A DNA stretch of 64,000 nucleotides from positions 3,776,001 to 3,840,000 of the forward strand of contig OZ244999.1 in assembly GCA_965223265.1 (NCBI GenBank), in the 5' to 3' direction. Below the pieces are notes generated by a model. The model worked only from the letters and a program-made list of their open reading frames with translations. It did no database searches and had not been told where the DNA came from. Of the stretch, positions 47,401 to 56,280 are shown piece after piece; the first letter of the stretch is position 1; every line of letters begins with the position of its first letter. The stretch is from Planctomycetota bacterium. GTDB lineage: Bacteria; Planctomycetota; UBA8108; SXIK01. A program made the position numbers and the translations under genes.

Positions 47401-48998
47401 AGGAGCTCCCCGGCCGTAGAAATACCGACCGCGGCAATCTGCTTGGCGACCACGACAACCGCGCCGAGACCCGCGCTCGTGACGACTGGCGCGCCGAGAA
47501 AAGTGAATTCGGGCAGGCCGCGGTGCGCGCCTTCTTCGCCGCTGACGTCCCACAGCCTTTTCCCGCTGTCGACGCGCAAAGCGACGAGACGATTGGGAGT
47601 AAGCTTCACCCTCCCATTGTTGTCGCGCTGCGATGAACTGAAATGGTCCACGGTGACGACAACTGGAACCGAGTCGCTGCCATCGCCGTCATCCTTGTGA
47701 CCCGAAACGCTCGGCGTGACAAGCGTCATCGAACCGTCGACTGCGCGGCGGCCACCGCTCGACGAGGCGACCTGGGCTTCCCAAACCCGCGCGCCACTTG
47801 CGGCATCCACCGCGACCACGGGTGGGGAGGAACCTTCTCGACTACGGATCACGACCAATCCCTTCCACGCCAGCACCGAAGGCGCGCGGGCGCCGCGATT
47901 CGGGTCCGCCAAGCCGCCGAAAATCCACTCAGCCCGACTGCCCAGTTCCGGCACTTCGCTTGCAGGGAGACGAAATGGTCGCCGGTCGAACGTCGCCAGC
48001 GCGGTGGGCCAAACATCAAGACTCGCCTCGCAGCTCACCGCCGCGGCCTGCAGGCGATCACGCTGCGCGAGAAAGAGAGGATGTTCGGCTAGCGCATGTC
48101 CACTCGTTGCCTTGCCGCCGACGATGACAACGTCATCGGCGTGACGACCTGCGATCTCGTCGAGCAAAAACGCCGTGCGGCGCTCGTTTCCAGCGAGCGC
48201 GTGAGCCATGGCGGCCTGCGCCAAGACCTCGGCGCGCTCGGGATCGCCGGTCTCGAAGGGCAAAAGAAGCCGCAGTTGAAAGGCTTCAGCTGCGTCCGCG
48301 GCGCGGCCACGGTCGAGCTCTCGAAGCCCCAATTGATGCCATGCGCGCGCCCCCTCGCGCGTCAGCGGGAACTGAGTCCCGATGAGTTTCAACCGCTGCC
48401 TCGCCTGACGTCCGCTGAGTCGCGGCACCGACTGGAGGAGCTCACTCGCGGCGGCTTCGTGCGTGCGACGATAAAGCGCCCGCGCTGCTTCGGGAAGCTG
48501 CGCCAGCTCGCGGACGAACGCTACCAGTAGCGGTTGGAAATAACGTCCGTCGAGGGAGGTCACGATCTCGGCAAGAACGACGTCCGCGAGAGACTCGTCG
48601 TCTACCGCGGCGGCGTCATCGTCGGGTGTAGCTTCTTCTCCCTCGCCGTCCGCTTCGGAGGGCTCACGCCGGACGCGGACACCGCCGCGCGCCAATTCGC
48701 CGCCAAGCTCGGCGTACAGATCGAGAGCTGCGCTCCAGTCCTCGCTGCCGACCAACTCTCGTGCGCGACGGAGGAGCCCTTCAGCCGTTTCATCGATGAA
48801 CAGGCGACCGTCGCCGTCCAACTCGGAAGTGGGCTCCACTGGCCTCGGTGCCGCGGCAACCACGACTTGAGCGTCCAGCGCCACCGGGCGGGAACATAAG
48901 AAACATAAGAGTGTCAGCGCAACGGCACGCACGCCGAACGGCGGCGACACGCGCGCTCGAAGACGGAAGCGACAACGACGCAATCTAAGAACTCCCAC
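44421..48998 (-). CDS. Large secreted PQQ-like (BamB-type) beta-propeller + TPR protein
   Basis: Repeated AVDAASGARVW, ALEASTGEILW and AFDVSTGAVLW motifs; helical inserts; signal peptide. Confidence 0.85.
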   Translation of the reverse strand: MGVLRLRRCRFRLRARVSPPFGVRAVALTLLCFLCSRPVALDAQVVVAAAPRPVEPTSELDGDGRLFIDETAEGLLRRARELVGSEDWSAALDLYAELGGELARGGVRVRREPSEADGEGEEATPDDDAAAVDDESLADVVLAEIVTSLDGRYFQPLLVAFVRELAQLPEAARALYRRTHEAAASELLQSVPRLSGRQARQRLKLIGTQFPLTREGARAWHQLGLRELDRGRAADAAEAFQLRLLLPFETGDPERAEVLAQAAMAHALAGNERRTAFLLDEIAGRHADDVVIVGGKATSGHALAEHPLFLAQRDRLQAAAVSCEASLDVWPTALATFDRRPFRLPASEVPELGSRAEWIFGGLADPNRGARAPSVLAWKGLVVIRSREGSSPPVVAVDAASGARVWEAQVASSSGGRRAVDGSMTLVTPSVSGHKDDGDGSDSVPVVVTVDHFSSSQRDNNGRVKLTPNRLVALRVDSGKRLWDVSGEEGAHRGLPEFTFLGAPVVTSAGLGAVVVVAKQIAAVGISTAGELLWFRRLYSMDLARRGTSFVDMPMASRDGVMIVEASHGVVAALEASTGEILWASHYRSSVRGRRRGRGWRRTAPIIAEVNDRPLVVVAPQDSDYLTAFDVSTGAVLWEKEFDDRSVRVLGAQGTRLLMAAASELKVVDLTSGEDSRLPYEEELQVPQRWGVVTDDRVILPLDGGKLVVVDSSTAKVTSSITLLDERIKRRRIRRVIPHRGRWILALPETVVSLEPQSAAWTNLAESRRQAPLRKALLYRAEQNYSAALDIYYELLARTESESVRERVKKEVLSVVREAAEAGETKLLSNFLAKHRALVDEPETLYSLQLLEANLLEGDASDEASRRRVVDGLASLSRLDGVIGKSPEGLDVDIAAYASERLRDLCREDEQWSLAFDVEAEEKLHARAVSVRNDATLSHAFLRLTHLGMAAEAGAHLVQKATAAGDAEGGLELLDLLVSDVPELVDEPSVEERRAELVAQTKPEGRPASALPQVLLETAMLREAFWSDFEDGFLVASAPGSQPSAALIVISNNLLRIRDLAGEVLFESELLDYPDVAKVKLQLRSEHEEPALYHLDDQRLVLFTPAGLYCYEFRPGDSSARDDVQRQAGTAEEVARERSDARFKRLFLKWHHSYEHPLAQKNMGRRHWGGIRLQTDRNSFPECAELHGNPIVALPTGGLRQIERNSGKLMLETQIRGTTCSGIGARPHWIRICSRSPCGVTLVPRRPWLQGRREFFVPGFRSYHPEAHVFAGGLLTAFGRRGLAVYETISGRPLWRAQRTTAKILTTESGVLWASERSALRARSVRSGRVVQEVEMPERTIVVDAILDPSTESAGARRGRTLIAIGDADLNRPDGLAGAIRGNDLWLVRVGADWSKVWEKQIATGRVIYAGPPLQGIDGAFLLAYNRQEGGDKWSSVCVRVAAGDSGDAAPNVAEIVRREIRGKGRELPPRLSLLTSGVGLGNTDGFGWFEAQGAAIEDDSNEVDADAADGDSPQVEPEINGQEE

Positions 48999-49270
48999 GC
49001 AAGACCTCGCCCACCAAGGGTCTTTTGTCTGACTCGGCGCGGCGGACGTTCGGGCGTCGAAGGCAACTGCTCTTGAAGTCGCCTGAGCCGACTCACAGCG
49101 TCGATCCGCTCCTTATCGTCTTATCGGTCCCGTTGACTCTGTATCTTAGGGGGAGTCGGTAGCGATCCGCAAAAAAAGTTGACATTTTCGGTGCATCCGT
49201 GGCGCAGGCATGCTGCGGCCGCCGCGCGGCATGCCTCAGTCAAGGGGTAACAGATGGTAGAAACGACTGG

Positions 49271-49355
49271 CAGCCCGTCGAAAACGTCGTTCGGTCGAGA
49301 AACGAGCCGCGTCACGCCCGGCTCGGCCGCGTCAAGACGCAAAGATCTCAGAGAT
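49271..49355 (-). mobile_element. Decayed half copy of the palindromic MITE-like element
   Basis: CAGCCCGTCGAAAACGTCGTTCGGTCGAGAAACGAGCCGCGTCACGCCCGGCTCGGCCGCGTCAA aligns colinearly with 58107 onward. Confidence 0.8.
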
Positions 49356-49474
49356 CTCTGAGAATACGCACTCGAGCTACGCGGCGCGGAATGTTGGGTA
49401 TCGCGCCAGTCCTGTCGCCCGCGGTTGCAGATCATTCACGCTGCTGGTGTCGCCGTCCGCTCGCGAAGCCGCCG

Positions 49475-50215
49475 TCACGGTCCCCAGGGCCGAAAATAAC
49501 TCCACAGCGCAGCCACCAGCGAGACAGCGACAAGGCCTGCACAAGCATGACCTGGCCAACGCCAGAGCTGCGCCTGCTGGCTGGAGGTGTAGTCGCCACT
49601 TCGCCACCCAAACAGCACCCCGACGATGAACCCGCCGAGATGCGCGAAGTGGTCAATCCGAGGCATCAGAACGCTGATCATGACGAGCCAGATCACCATC
49701 CGCTGAGCGGCGGCGCGGTCGGTTGGATCCTGCGTGCGAAGCCGGCGGATGAACAGAAAACCAACCAAGCCACAGAGGGCGCCGGAGGCGCCGACACTGA
49801 TGCTGAATGGACGCCACAAACCGGCCATACGCACCGACAACGAGAGCAGGCTGCCGCCCAATGCGGAGCAGACGTACAGGGTCACAAAGCGCCACACGGA
49901 ATACTTGGTCTCAAACTGCCGCCCGGCATCCAGGAGGAACATGCCATTGAAGAAGATGTGAAGAAGGTTCCCGTGCAGAAAAGCAGCGGAAAGGAGACGC
50001 CACAGCTCGCCGTCTCGGACGGCCGGAACATAGAGTGCCCCAAGCCGTCGGAGTAAGTCGCCCCGAACGTCGAGCAGCGGACCGAGGCTGCCGTCGATCT
50101 CCTGCCGCGCCAACTTGATGGCACCTATGACCGACAACGCGAAGAACGCCAGGTTGACGAGGAGAAGAAGGGACGTCGCCGGGTAGAGCTCGTGAAAACT
50201 GCGGTCGCGGCTCAT
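49475..50215 (-). CDS. Rhomboid family intramembrane serine protease
   Basis: WRLL, FLHGNLLHIFFN, GASG (catalytic Ser) and AHLGG (catalytic His). Confidence 0.93.
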   Translation of the reverse strand: MSRDRSFHELYPATSLLLLVNLAFFALSVIGAIKLARQEIDGSLGPLLDVRGDLLRRLGALYVPAVRDGELWRLLSAAFLHGNLLHIFFNGMFLLDAGRQFETKYSVWRFVTLYVCSALGGSLLSLSVRMAGLWRPFSISVGASGALCGLVGFLFIRRLRTQDPTDRAAAQRMVIWLVMISVLMPRIDHFAHLGGFIVGVLFGWRSGDYTSSQQAQLWRWPGHACAGLVAVSLVAALWSYFRPWGP

Positions 50216-50443
50216 GTGGGAATCAATTCGAGGGTGACTTCGCTTTGGTCGAAGCTCTTGCAGAGCCTCGCAGTCAAACGCCTTCGTTGTCGGTCGTGAA
50301 GTCGCGACGAACGATCGGGACACCGACCACCAACGCCAAACGAACGGCGTGATCATAAAAGACTTTCGTGATCAAGAGCAACCCAATGAGACAGGGAACA
50401 GAATTACGTTGACGCCCCTTCTCGCGGTCGCGATGGTGAGTCC

Positions 50444-51592
50444 ATGCTCGGTGCAGTGACTGCAACTGATCTTGACCCCGTGCTCCGCGGCGTCAGTAGG
50501 AGTATTTACCTCACGCTCCAAGTGGCGCCGCGTCGCATGCGCCCGGTTCTCGGCGTCGCCTATCTCTTCTGCCGTGCGGCAGACACGATTGCCGACACAC
50601 AGCTGTTACCCGCACCCGAGCGTCTGACGCGCCTCGAGGATTTTCGCCGTCAGTTCGTCGCACCGGATCCCGACTTCGACGCGATTGCCGCCATCTCCGA
50701 GCAAATCGCGGGACCGCAGCAGATCCCAGCGGAACGAGATCTTCTGCTGCGGCTCGGCGACTGCTTTTGTGAGTACCTCCGTTTCGATCGGCGCGACCGC
50801 GGCCTCATCCGCGACCTCGTCACGACGCTGACGCGCGGCATGGAGCTCGACCTCCGCTACTTCCCCGGAGAAGAGAGTGGCGAGCTCAGGGCGCTTGCCA
50901 CCGACGGGGATCTTGATCTCTACACCTTTTACGTTGCCGGTTGCGTCGGAGAGTTTTGGACGCATCTCCAGGTGCTCCACGTCGGAGCTCTGCGGCACTG
51001 GAACGTCTCCGATCGGGCGGAGCAAGGGATCAGATTCGGCAAAGGGCTGCAGCTCACGAATATCTTGCGCGACTTTGACCAAGACATAGGACGTGGCCGC
51101 TGCTACCTGCCGCAGACCGCGTTGGTTCAGGCGGGCGTCGAGTTGGAGGAGCTGCGCGCCGCGGCGCCGAGGCAAAAGCTGCTGCCCATCCTGCGTTTTT
51201 ACCTTGAGCGCACGCTGGCTCACTACGCCAGCGGCTGGCTCTATGTTCGCGCCATTCCGCGTCGTTGCGCGCGGCTGCGCTTGGCGTGCGCATGGCCGCT
51301 TCTCATCGGGCTGCGGACGCTCGAAGAACTCGCCGTCAGCCACGAACCGTTTGCGCCCGGACGAGTCCACAAGATTGATCGTGACGAAGTCAAACGTCTC
51401 ATTGTCGGATCGAGCTGCCGCGTCGCATCAGATCGCGCCCTGGATCGCGTCTATCGCCGCCTCGAAGCAAGAGCGCGTGGCGCGGTCGATCGACTCCCGG
51501 CGGCACCACGCTTCGCCATGGCACCAGTATGGGAAGACACGGGCCGGACACCAGATATCGCGCGAACACCGACTCACACAGCGACGTCTTGA
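50444..51592 (+). CDS. Squalene/phytoene synthase family protein
   Basis: VSRS, RAADTIAD, YVAGCVGEFWT and GLQLTNILRDFDQD..RGRCYLP motifs. Confidence 0.9.
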   Translation: MLGAVTATDLDPVLRGVSRSIYLTLQVAPRRMRPVLGVAYLFCRAADTIADTQLLPAPERLTRLEDFRRQFVAPDPDFDAIAAISEQIAGPQQIPAERDLLLRLGDCFCEYLRFDRRDRGLIRDLVTTLTRGMELDLRYFPGEESGELRALATDGDLDLYTFYVAGCVGEFWTHLQVLHVGALRHWNVSDRAEQGIRFGKGLQLTNILRDFDQDIGRGRCYLPQTALVQAGVELEELRAAAPRQKLLPILRFYLERTLAHYASGWLYVRAIPRRCARLRLACAWPLLIGLRTLEELAVSHEPFAPGRVHKIDRDEVKRLIVGSSCRVASDRALDRVYRRLEARARGAVDRLPAAPRFAMAPVWEDTGRTPDIARTPTHTATS

Positions 51593-51855
51593 CGCGTGGG
51601 TCGAAACGGCACGCCGAGGTCCCTGAAGCCAAGTTGAAATCAATCGGGAAGTACTTCCACGTTTCTCGGCGTCTCGATAAGATAGATCTTTCGAGTTGAC
51701 GCCTCACGCGACGATGCCTGCATCGGCTCGCCGCCCGAGAAGACTCCTGTGGTTTCGACACCGCTGACGCTGAATCCTTGCACAGCGGCGCAGGAGCGTC
51801 GAGAAAATCACACCGGTCGAAAAAACTCAACTGCCAGCCAATTGGAGCGATCAGT

Positions 51856-52323
51856 ATGGTCTCGCGAGTGGAGCGATTTTGGCTCAGCTTCTTGTTGCGG
51901 TTCGCCTTCGGCTTTCTCTTCCTCATCGCATCGATCAATATTTTCAACTACGGCTATGAGAAATTCGCGGCCGACATGATCACCCCGTTTCAAAGCACAT
52001 GGGTCTGGGGGCTGCAAGGCGATACGACCATTGTGGAACAAGGGTTGACGGGATTCCTCAAGGCGATGCCGTTCGTCATGGCTGCGTTGTCGGTGCCGAT
52101 TCTCACAGGCATCTTCTACAAACCCGCTCTCCGTTTCGGCGCGTTGTTTCTCATTTGCTTAGGTCTCGGCAAGTACCTGCAAAATGACATCGCAACCACC
52201 GCGCAAGACTTCTTGCTGGCGTTCTTGATCCTTATCGGCCTCTTCCTCGTCGGCCGCAAGGACGACGCCGCGGTCGAATACGGTGAGTCACCGACTGGCC
52301 TGAGCTCCTCTGTTGAGTCGTGA
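51856..52323 (+). CDS. DoxX-like four-TM membrane protein
   Basis: LLRFAFG...PFV...LTG TM pattern; GGAG SD; GTGA-coupled to apbE. Confidence 0.6.
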   Translation: MVSRVERFWLSFLLRFAFGFLFLIASINIFNYGYEKFAADMITPFQSTWVWGLQGDTTIVEQGLTGFLKAMPFVMAALSVPILTGIFYKPALRFGALFLICLGLGKYLQNDIATTAQDFLLAFLILIGLFLVGRKDDAAVEYGESPTGLSSSVES

Positions 52324-53393
52324 ATCAAGATCCGGCCGCGGAACTTGGCCCGCTGCTCGACACCTTCGGCAGCGATTCTGAGTTTCACCGCTTCGAGGCG
52401 GATGGCATGGGGACGCGGCTCGTTTTTCTACTGCGGGGCGCTCTCGACGATGACTTGCGCGCCGCTGTGGACGAGGGCCGGCTGCTCTTCACGCAGCTCG
52501 AGGATCGGCTATCAAAATTCCTGCCCGACAGCGAGCTCGCCCTGGTCAACCAGTTCGCGGCTCAGCGCGACGTGCCGGTCGGGCGCGACCTAATAGAGCT
52601 CACCTCCAAAGCAAAGGAGGCGTGGTCCATCACCGGCGGTGCATTCGACCCAACGGTCGGCCCTCTCCTCGAAGCGTGGGGGTTCGTCGACATGGAGGCA
52701 GGTAGGAGGCCGTCAGCATCAGTGGCGGCATCCTTGCGGGAGGTCTGTGGCATGCATCACGTCGGCGTGGATGTTGAGGCGCAGACGCTGCGTTTCGATC
52801 AACCGGGCGTTTCTTTAGATCTCGGCGGCATCGGCAAAGGTTACGCGGCCGATCTTTTAGCGAGGCACTTTCAGACGCGCGGAGTCGCGCAAGGTGTGAT
52901 CATCTGCGGTCGCTCCAGCGTCATTCTGTGGGGACCACCGTCGGCACCGGCGGGCAGTCCAGCGAATGAATGGCACTTCGCGGTAGTGCATCCGCTCGAG
53001 CCGCGGGAATTCATCGCCGAGCTGGCCTGCGGTTCAGGTGCGGTCTCATCGTCGGGGGCCTATGAGAGAGCGCTGAAGATCGGAGAGCACACGCTCGGTC
53101 ATGTGTTCGATCCTCGTTCGGGTGAGCCGGCAGTGAGCAGCGTCTTGAGCGCGACCGTTTGGAGCGAAGATGCCTTGCTCGGCGACGTCCTGTCGACGTC
53201 ACTCTTCGTCCTCGGTCCGGCCGCGCTGGAGCCCGGCGGCGTCGTGGAAAGTCTGGCGCGGGCTTGGTCGAACGACGGCAACGCCGCTGTGGGAGCGTTT
53301 CTGGTCCTCGCTGACACCAGCCGCTGGGGCGGCATTCGGTGCGAAGCGTACGACGTGGGGACCGCGCCGTTTCGCGTCGTGAAGGCGCCGTGA
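52320..53393 (+). CDS. apbE: FAD:protein FMN transferase (ApbE family)
   Basis: MGT, GAFDPTVGPL, LDLGGIGKGYAAD, SSSGAYER, HVFDPRSG and DVLST motifs. Confidence 0.93.
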   Translation: MNQDPAAELGPLLDTFGSDSEFHRFEADGMGTRLVFLLRGALDDDLRAAVDEGRLLFTQLEDRLSKFLPDSELALVNQFAAQRDVPVGRDLIELTSKAKEAWSITGGAFDPTVGPLLEAWGFVDMEAGRRPSASVAASLREVCGMHHVGVDVEAQTLRFDQPGVSLDLGGIGKGYAADLLARHFQTRGVAQGVIICGRSSVILWGPPSAPAGSPANEWHFAVVHPLEPREFIAELACGSGAVSSSGAYERALKIGEHTLGHVFDPRSGEPAVSSVLSATVWSEDALLGDVLSTSLFVLGPAALEPGGVVESLARAWSNDGNAAVGAFLVLADTSRWGGIRCEAYDVGTAPFRVVKAP

Positions 53394-53656
53394 CGGCGTC
53401 AGGGCGCATTGAAGAAGGCGGCGACTTGGCCCCACGCGACCTAGCGGTGTCGTTGCCTCGCACCCGGCGGCAGGTTATGATCGTGACTCGGGCGAGATGA
53501 ACGGTTGAGAACGTACTCGTTCCCAGAAATCATTCGGAGCTCGTGGGCACAGCGGACATCGCGGCCCGACGGCGCCCGGCAGCAGCGGTTGCCGAGACAC
53601 GACTGCCGAGAACACAAGCTGAGGACACAAGCAGCCCCCTGGCATCGGAAAGAACT

Positions 53657-55234
53657 ATGGCATACACAGAGTCGACGGGTCTCGATCGTCGTGATTTCAT
53701 TGGTGGCGCGTTCTTGACGACCGCCGGCGCGGTAACCGCCGGAATCTCCCGGTACCAGTGGGGAAAACGGGAGCCAGAGGCTGTTCAGGACGTTTCCCAG
53801 CGCGAGAACAATCCTGTTCGACTCGGATTCATCGGGGTCGGGAGACGAGGCGGCGCCCTCCTTCGCAGCGGCGTCTTGGTCCCCGGGAATGAAGTCGTCG
53901 CGGTGTGTGACATTCAACGTGCCGCACAAAACGCTGCCGAGAAAAACGTCCAGGGCGAATACTCCAAGAAGAACCGGACCGCTAAGATCCAGCGTTACGA
54001 CGACTACCGGCGACTTCTCGACGATAAGTCGGTCGAAGCGGTTTTTATTGCGACACCGCAGTACCTCCATGGGCCGATGGCGCTCGACGCCCTTGAGGCT
54101 GGAAAGCACGTCTACTGTGAGAAGGCGATGGCGCTGACGATCGGCGAGAACCGCGATATCGTGCGTATGGTCAACGCGCGTGAGGATCAAGTGTTTCAGG
54201 TGGGGCACCAGCGCCACTACTCGCCTCTCTACCGCAAGATCGTCGAAATGGTGCACAGCGATCAGATCGGCAATGTCGCCGGCTTCCGTGCGCAGTGGAA
54301 CCGCAACGACATGGTGCGCCGCCCGGCAGAAAAGCCAGAGCTGGAAAAAGTCATCAACTGGCGTCTCTACAAAGAGCTTTCCGGCGGACTCACCACCGAG
54401 TTTGCCAGCCACCAGATCGACGTCTGCAACTGGACGCTTGGCACGCATCCAGACTCGGTCTGCGGCTTTGGCGGGATCGATTGGTATCAAGACGGTCGCG
54501 ACACAGAGGACAACATCCACCTCATCTTCAATTACCGCGTACCGGTCGTCAAACGCGACCCATACGGCCGACCGATGACGGTCAATGGAAAGGCACAGAA
54601 GGACGATCCGAAGGCGTCACTGGCCTATGAGACGAAGGATGGCGAGGTCGTTCGCCGAGATGTGCGCTTTACCTACAACTCGATTATGCAAAACGCACAC
54701 CTCGGACCATCGGAGATGATCTTTGGCCAGTACGGCACCCTGGAGGTCTCGCTCCAAGGCGCCGAGTTCTTCAAGGAGAAGAAGGCACGAGTCGACCCCA
54801 ACCGCGTCGCTGAGGGAACCAATCCGCGCCGCTCGCTTCAAAAGCGAATTCTCACGACGGGCACATCGGTCGATCCAACAACGGCCGGACTGACGCGAAA
54901 GAAGGGCAAGCCGGTGGTGGGGGAGACCCGCGAGGATGAACGCTGGGTGGAGAACGCCGGCGATGTCGCCGGCGCCTACGACAAGCACGAGACCATGCTG
55001 GCAATCGACGGCTTCCTCCAGCGCATCAGGGAAGTGCGATCCGGCGACACCTCGAAACGCAACGACGTGCAAAACAACGCTAACGTCGTTTGGGGACTGT
55101 GGGGCGCGGTCCCAGCACTGATGGCCAACATCGCCATGCGTGACCAACGCATCGTGCGCTGGGATGAGTTCTTCCCAGAAGAGCGCGACGCGCCGCAGTT
55201 CATCGACAACACCGGCGTGTTGCGGACGACGTAG
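53657..55234 (+). CDS. Tat-exported Gfo/Idh/MocA family oxidoreductase
   Basis: DRRDFIG twin-arginine signal, GVGRRG, IATP, HVYCEKAM, QVGHQR and SHQID motifs. Confidence 0.92.
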   Translation: MAYTESTGLDRRDFIGGAFLTTAGAVTAGISRYQWGKREPEAVQDVSQRENNPVRLGFIGVGRRGGALLRSGVLVPGNEVVAVCDIQRAAQNAAEKNVQGEYSKKNRTAKIQRYDDYRRLLDDKSVEAVFIATPQYLHGPMALDALEAGKHVYCEKAMALTIGENRDIVRMVNAREDQVFQVGHQRHYSPLYRKIVEMVHSDQIGNVAGFRAQWNRNDMVRRPAEKPELEKVINWRLYKELSGGLTTEFASHQIDVCNWTLGTHPDSVCGFGGIDWYQDGRDTEDNIHLIFNYRVPVVKRDPYGRPMTVNGKAQKDDPKASLAYETKDGEVVRRDVRFTYNSIMQNAHLGPSEMIFGQYGTLEVSLQGAEFFKEKKARVDPNRVAEGTNPRRSLQKRILTTGTSVDPTTAGLTRKKGKPVVGETREDERWVENAGDVAGAYDKHETMLAIDGFLQRIREVRSGDTSKRNDVQNNANVVWGLWGAVPALMANIAMRDQRIVRWDEFFPEERDAPQFIDNTGVLRTT

Positions 55235-55469
55235 GCGCGCGTTGCACGACGGAAGACACGCCCCTGCGCGCGGACTCATTTCATGACCCGCACCGGTTGA
55301 AAGATCACTGGCTGATTTACCGCGCACGATCCAATGCCCGGGCCGCCATAGTGATTGCCCGATGAAAACCCGAGACAAAGCGTCCAGATGCGTGTGATCG
55401 CGGGAAAGTGTCCCTGTGGCGCGTCAGTGAAGACCACCCAAGAAAGTGCCAGCACACTGAAAGCGCGGA

Positions 55470-56072
55470 CTAGCGGGCAAGCAACTCGAAGAACCCCGCG
55501 TTGCGCGTGACGCGCTGTGGATCGACCTCAAGCTGCGCTGCGACGATCTGCCGGACGCACTGCCAGCATTCGCCCTCACGCCATTGTCGCTGCAGTCGTT
55601 CGTGGTTCAGGGCGGCCGTTTTCTCGGCGAGCTGACCGAAGGTGTCGCTGGCGCGAAAAGCTGGAAGGGCGAACGGCAAAACCCTCGCAAGTTGGCGCCA
55701 CGCCCGCCGGCGCCCAGTCGCAGGCAACAGACGGTCGATGGGAGTCGACGGCATGATCCGCGCTCCCAGAGCGCTCAAATTACGCTCGAACTCCTCGCGC
55801 AGACGGTAGAAACAGTGGCGCGTCATGCACACGGCGGCCATCCGGCGAGAGAGCTGCTTCCAAACGTGGTCGTACAGTTCGCCCACTGTGCGAAGGCGTT
55901 CAGCGTCATCGTCGCGAACAGTGACACCAAACGTCTCTTCGATTTCCATCGCAAGCTCGACAAGTGAAAGGTCGTCAATGCACGCCGGGGGCAGACGAAC
56001 GACGAGGCGCGCCACCACGAGCGTCATCGCGACGAGTGCCAAAGCCAGCAGCAGGAACTCTGGTGTCGTCAT
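55470..56072 (-). CDS. Membrane-anchored acyl-carrier-protein-like protein, apparently circularly permuted
   Basis: TM, then LVELAMEIEETFGVTVRDDDAERLRTVGEL (ACP helices II-IV); C-terminal VRQIVAAQLEVDPQRVTRNAGFFELL (ACP helix I). Confidence 0.75.
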   Translation of the reverse strand: MTTPEFLLLALALVAMTLVVARLVVRLPPACIDDLSLVELAMEIEETFGVTVRDDDAERLRTVGELYDHVWKQLSRRMAAVCMTRHCFYRLREEFERNLSALGARIMPSTPIDRLLPATGRRRAWRQLARVLPFALPAFRASDTFGQLAEKTAALNHERLQRQWREGECWQCVRQIVAAQLEVDPQRVTRNAGFFELLAR

Positions 56073-56280
56073 GGTGGGGGCGTCAGCTCGAGGGGTCGAA
56101 TTCGCACGGTCAGCGCGTGCCCAATCAGCTCATGCAACGAAAAACCGAGGGAGTGCCCGATCTCCGCTCCGCCCGCCGACGAAGACGATTCACACAAGTC
56201 CAACATCTCTCGCTGCATTTTCTATGCAACCTACACAGAGCGAGCGAGGAAGAATCCGGCCACTCCGGCGAGCACAACGT

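Noticed and set aside
49199-50056. 285-aa + strand ORF
   Set aside because: Overlaps the rhomboid gene antisense and runs through a MITE remnant; low-complexity Arg/Pro composition
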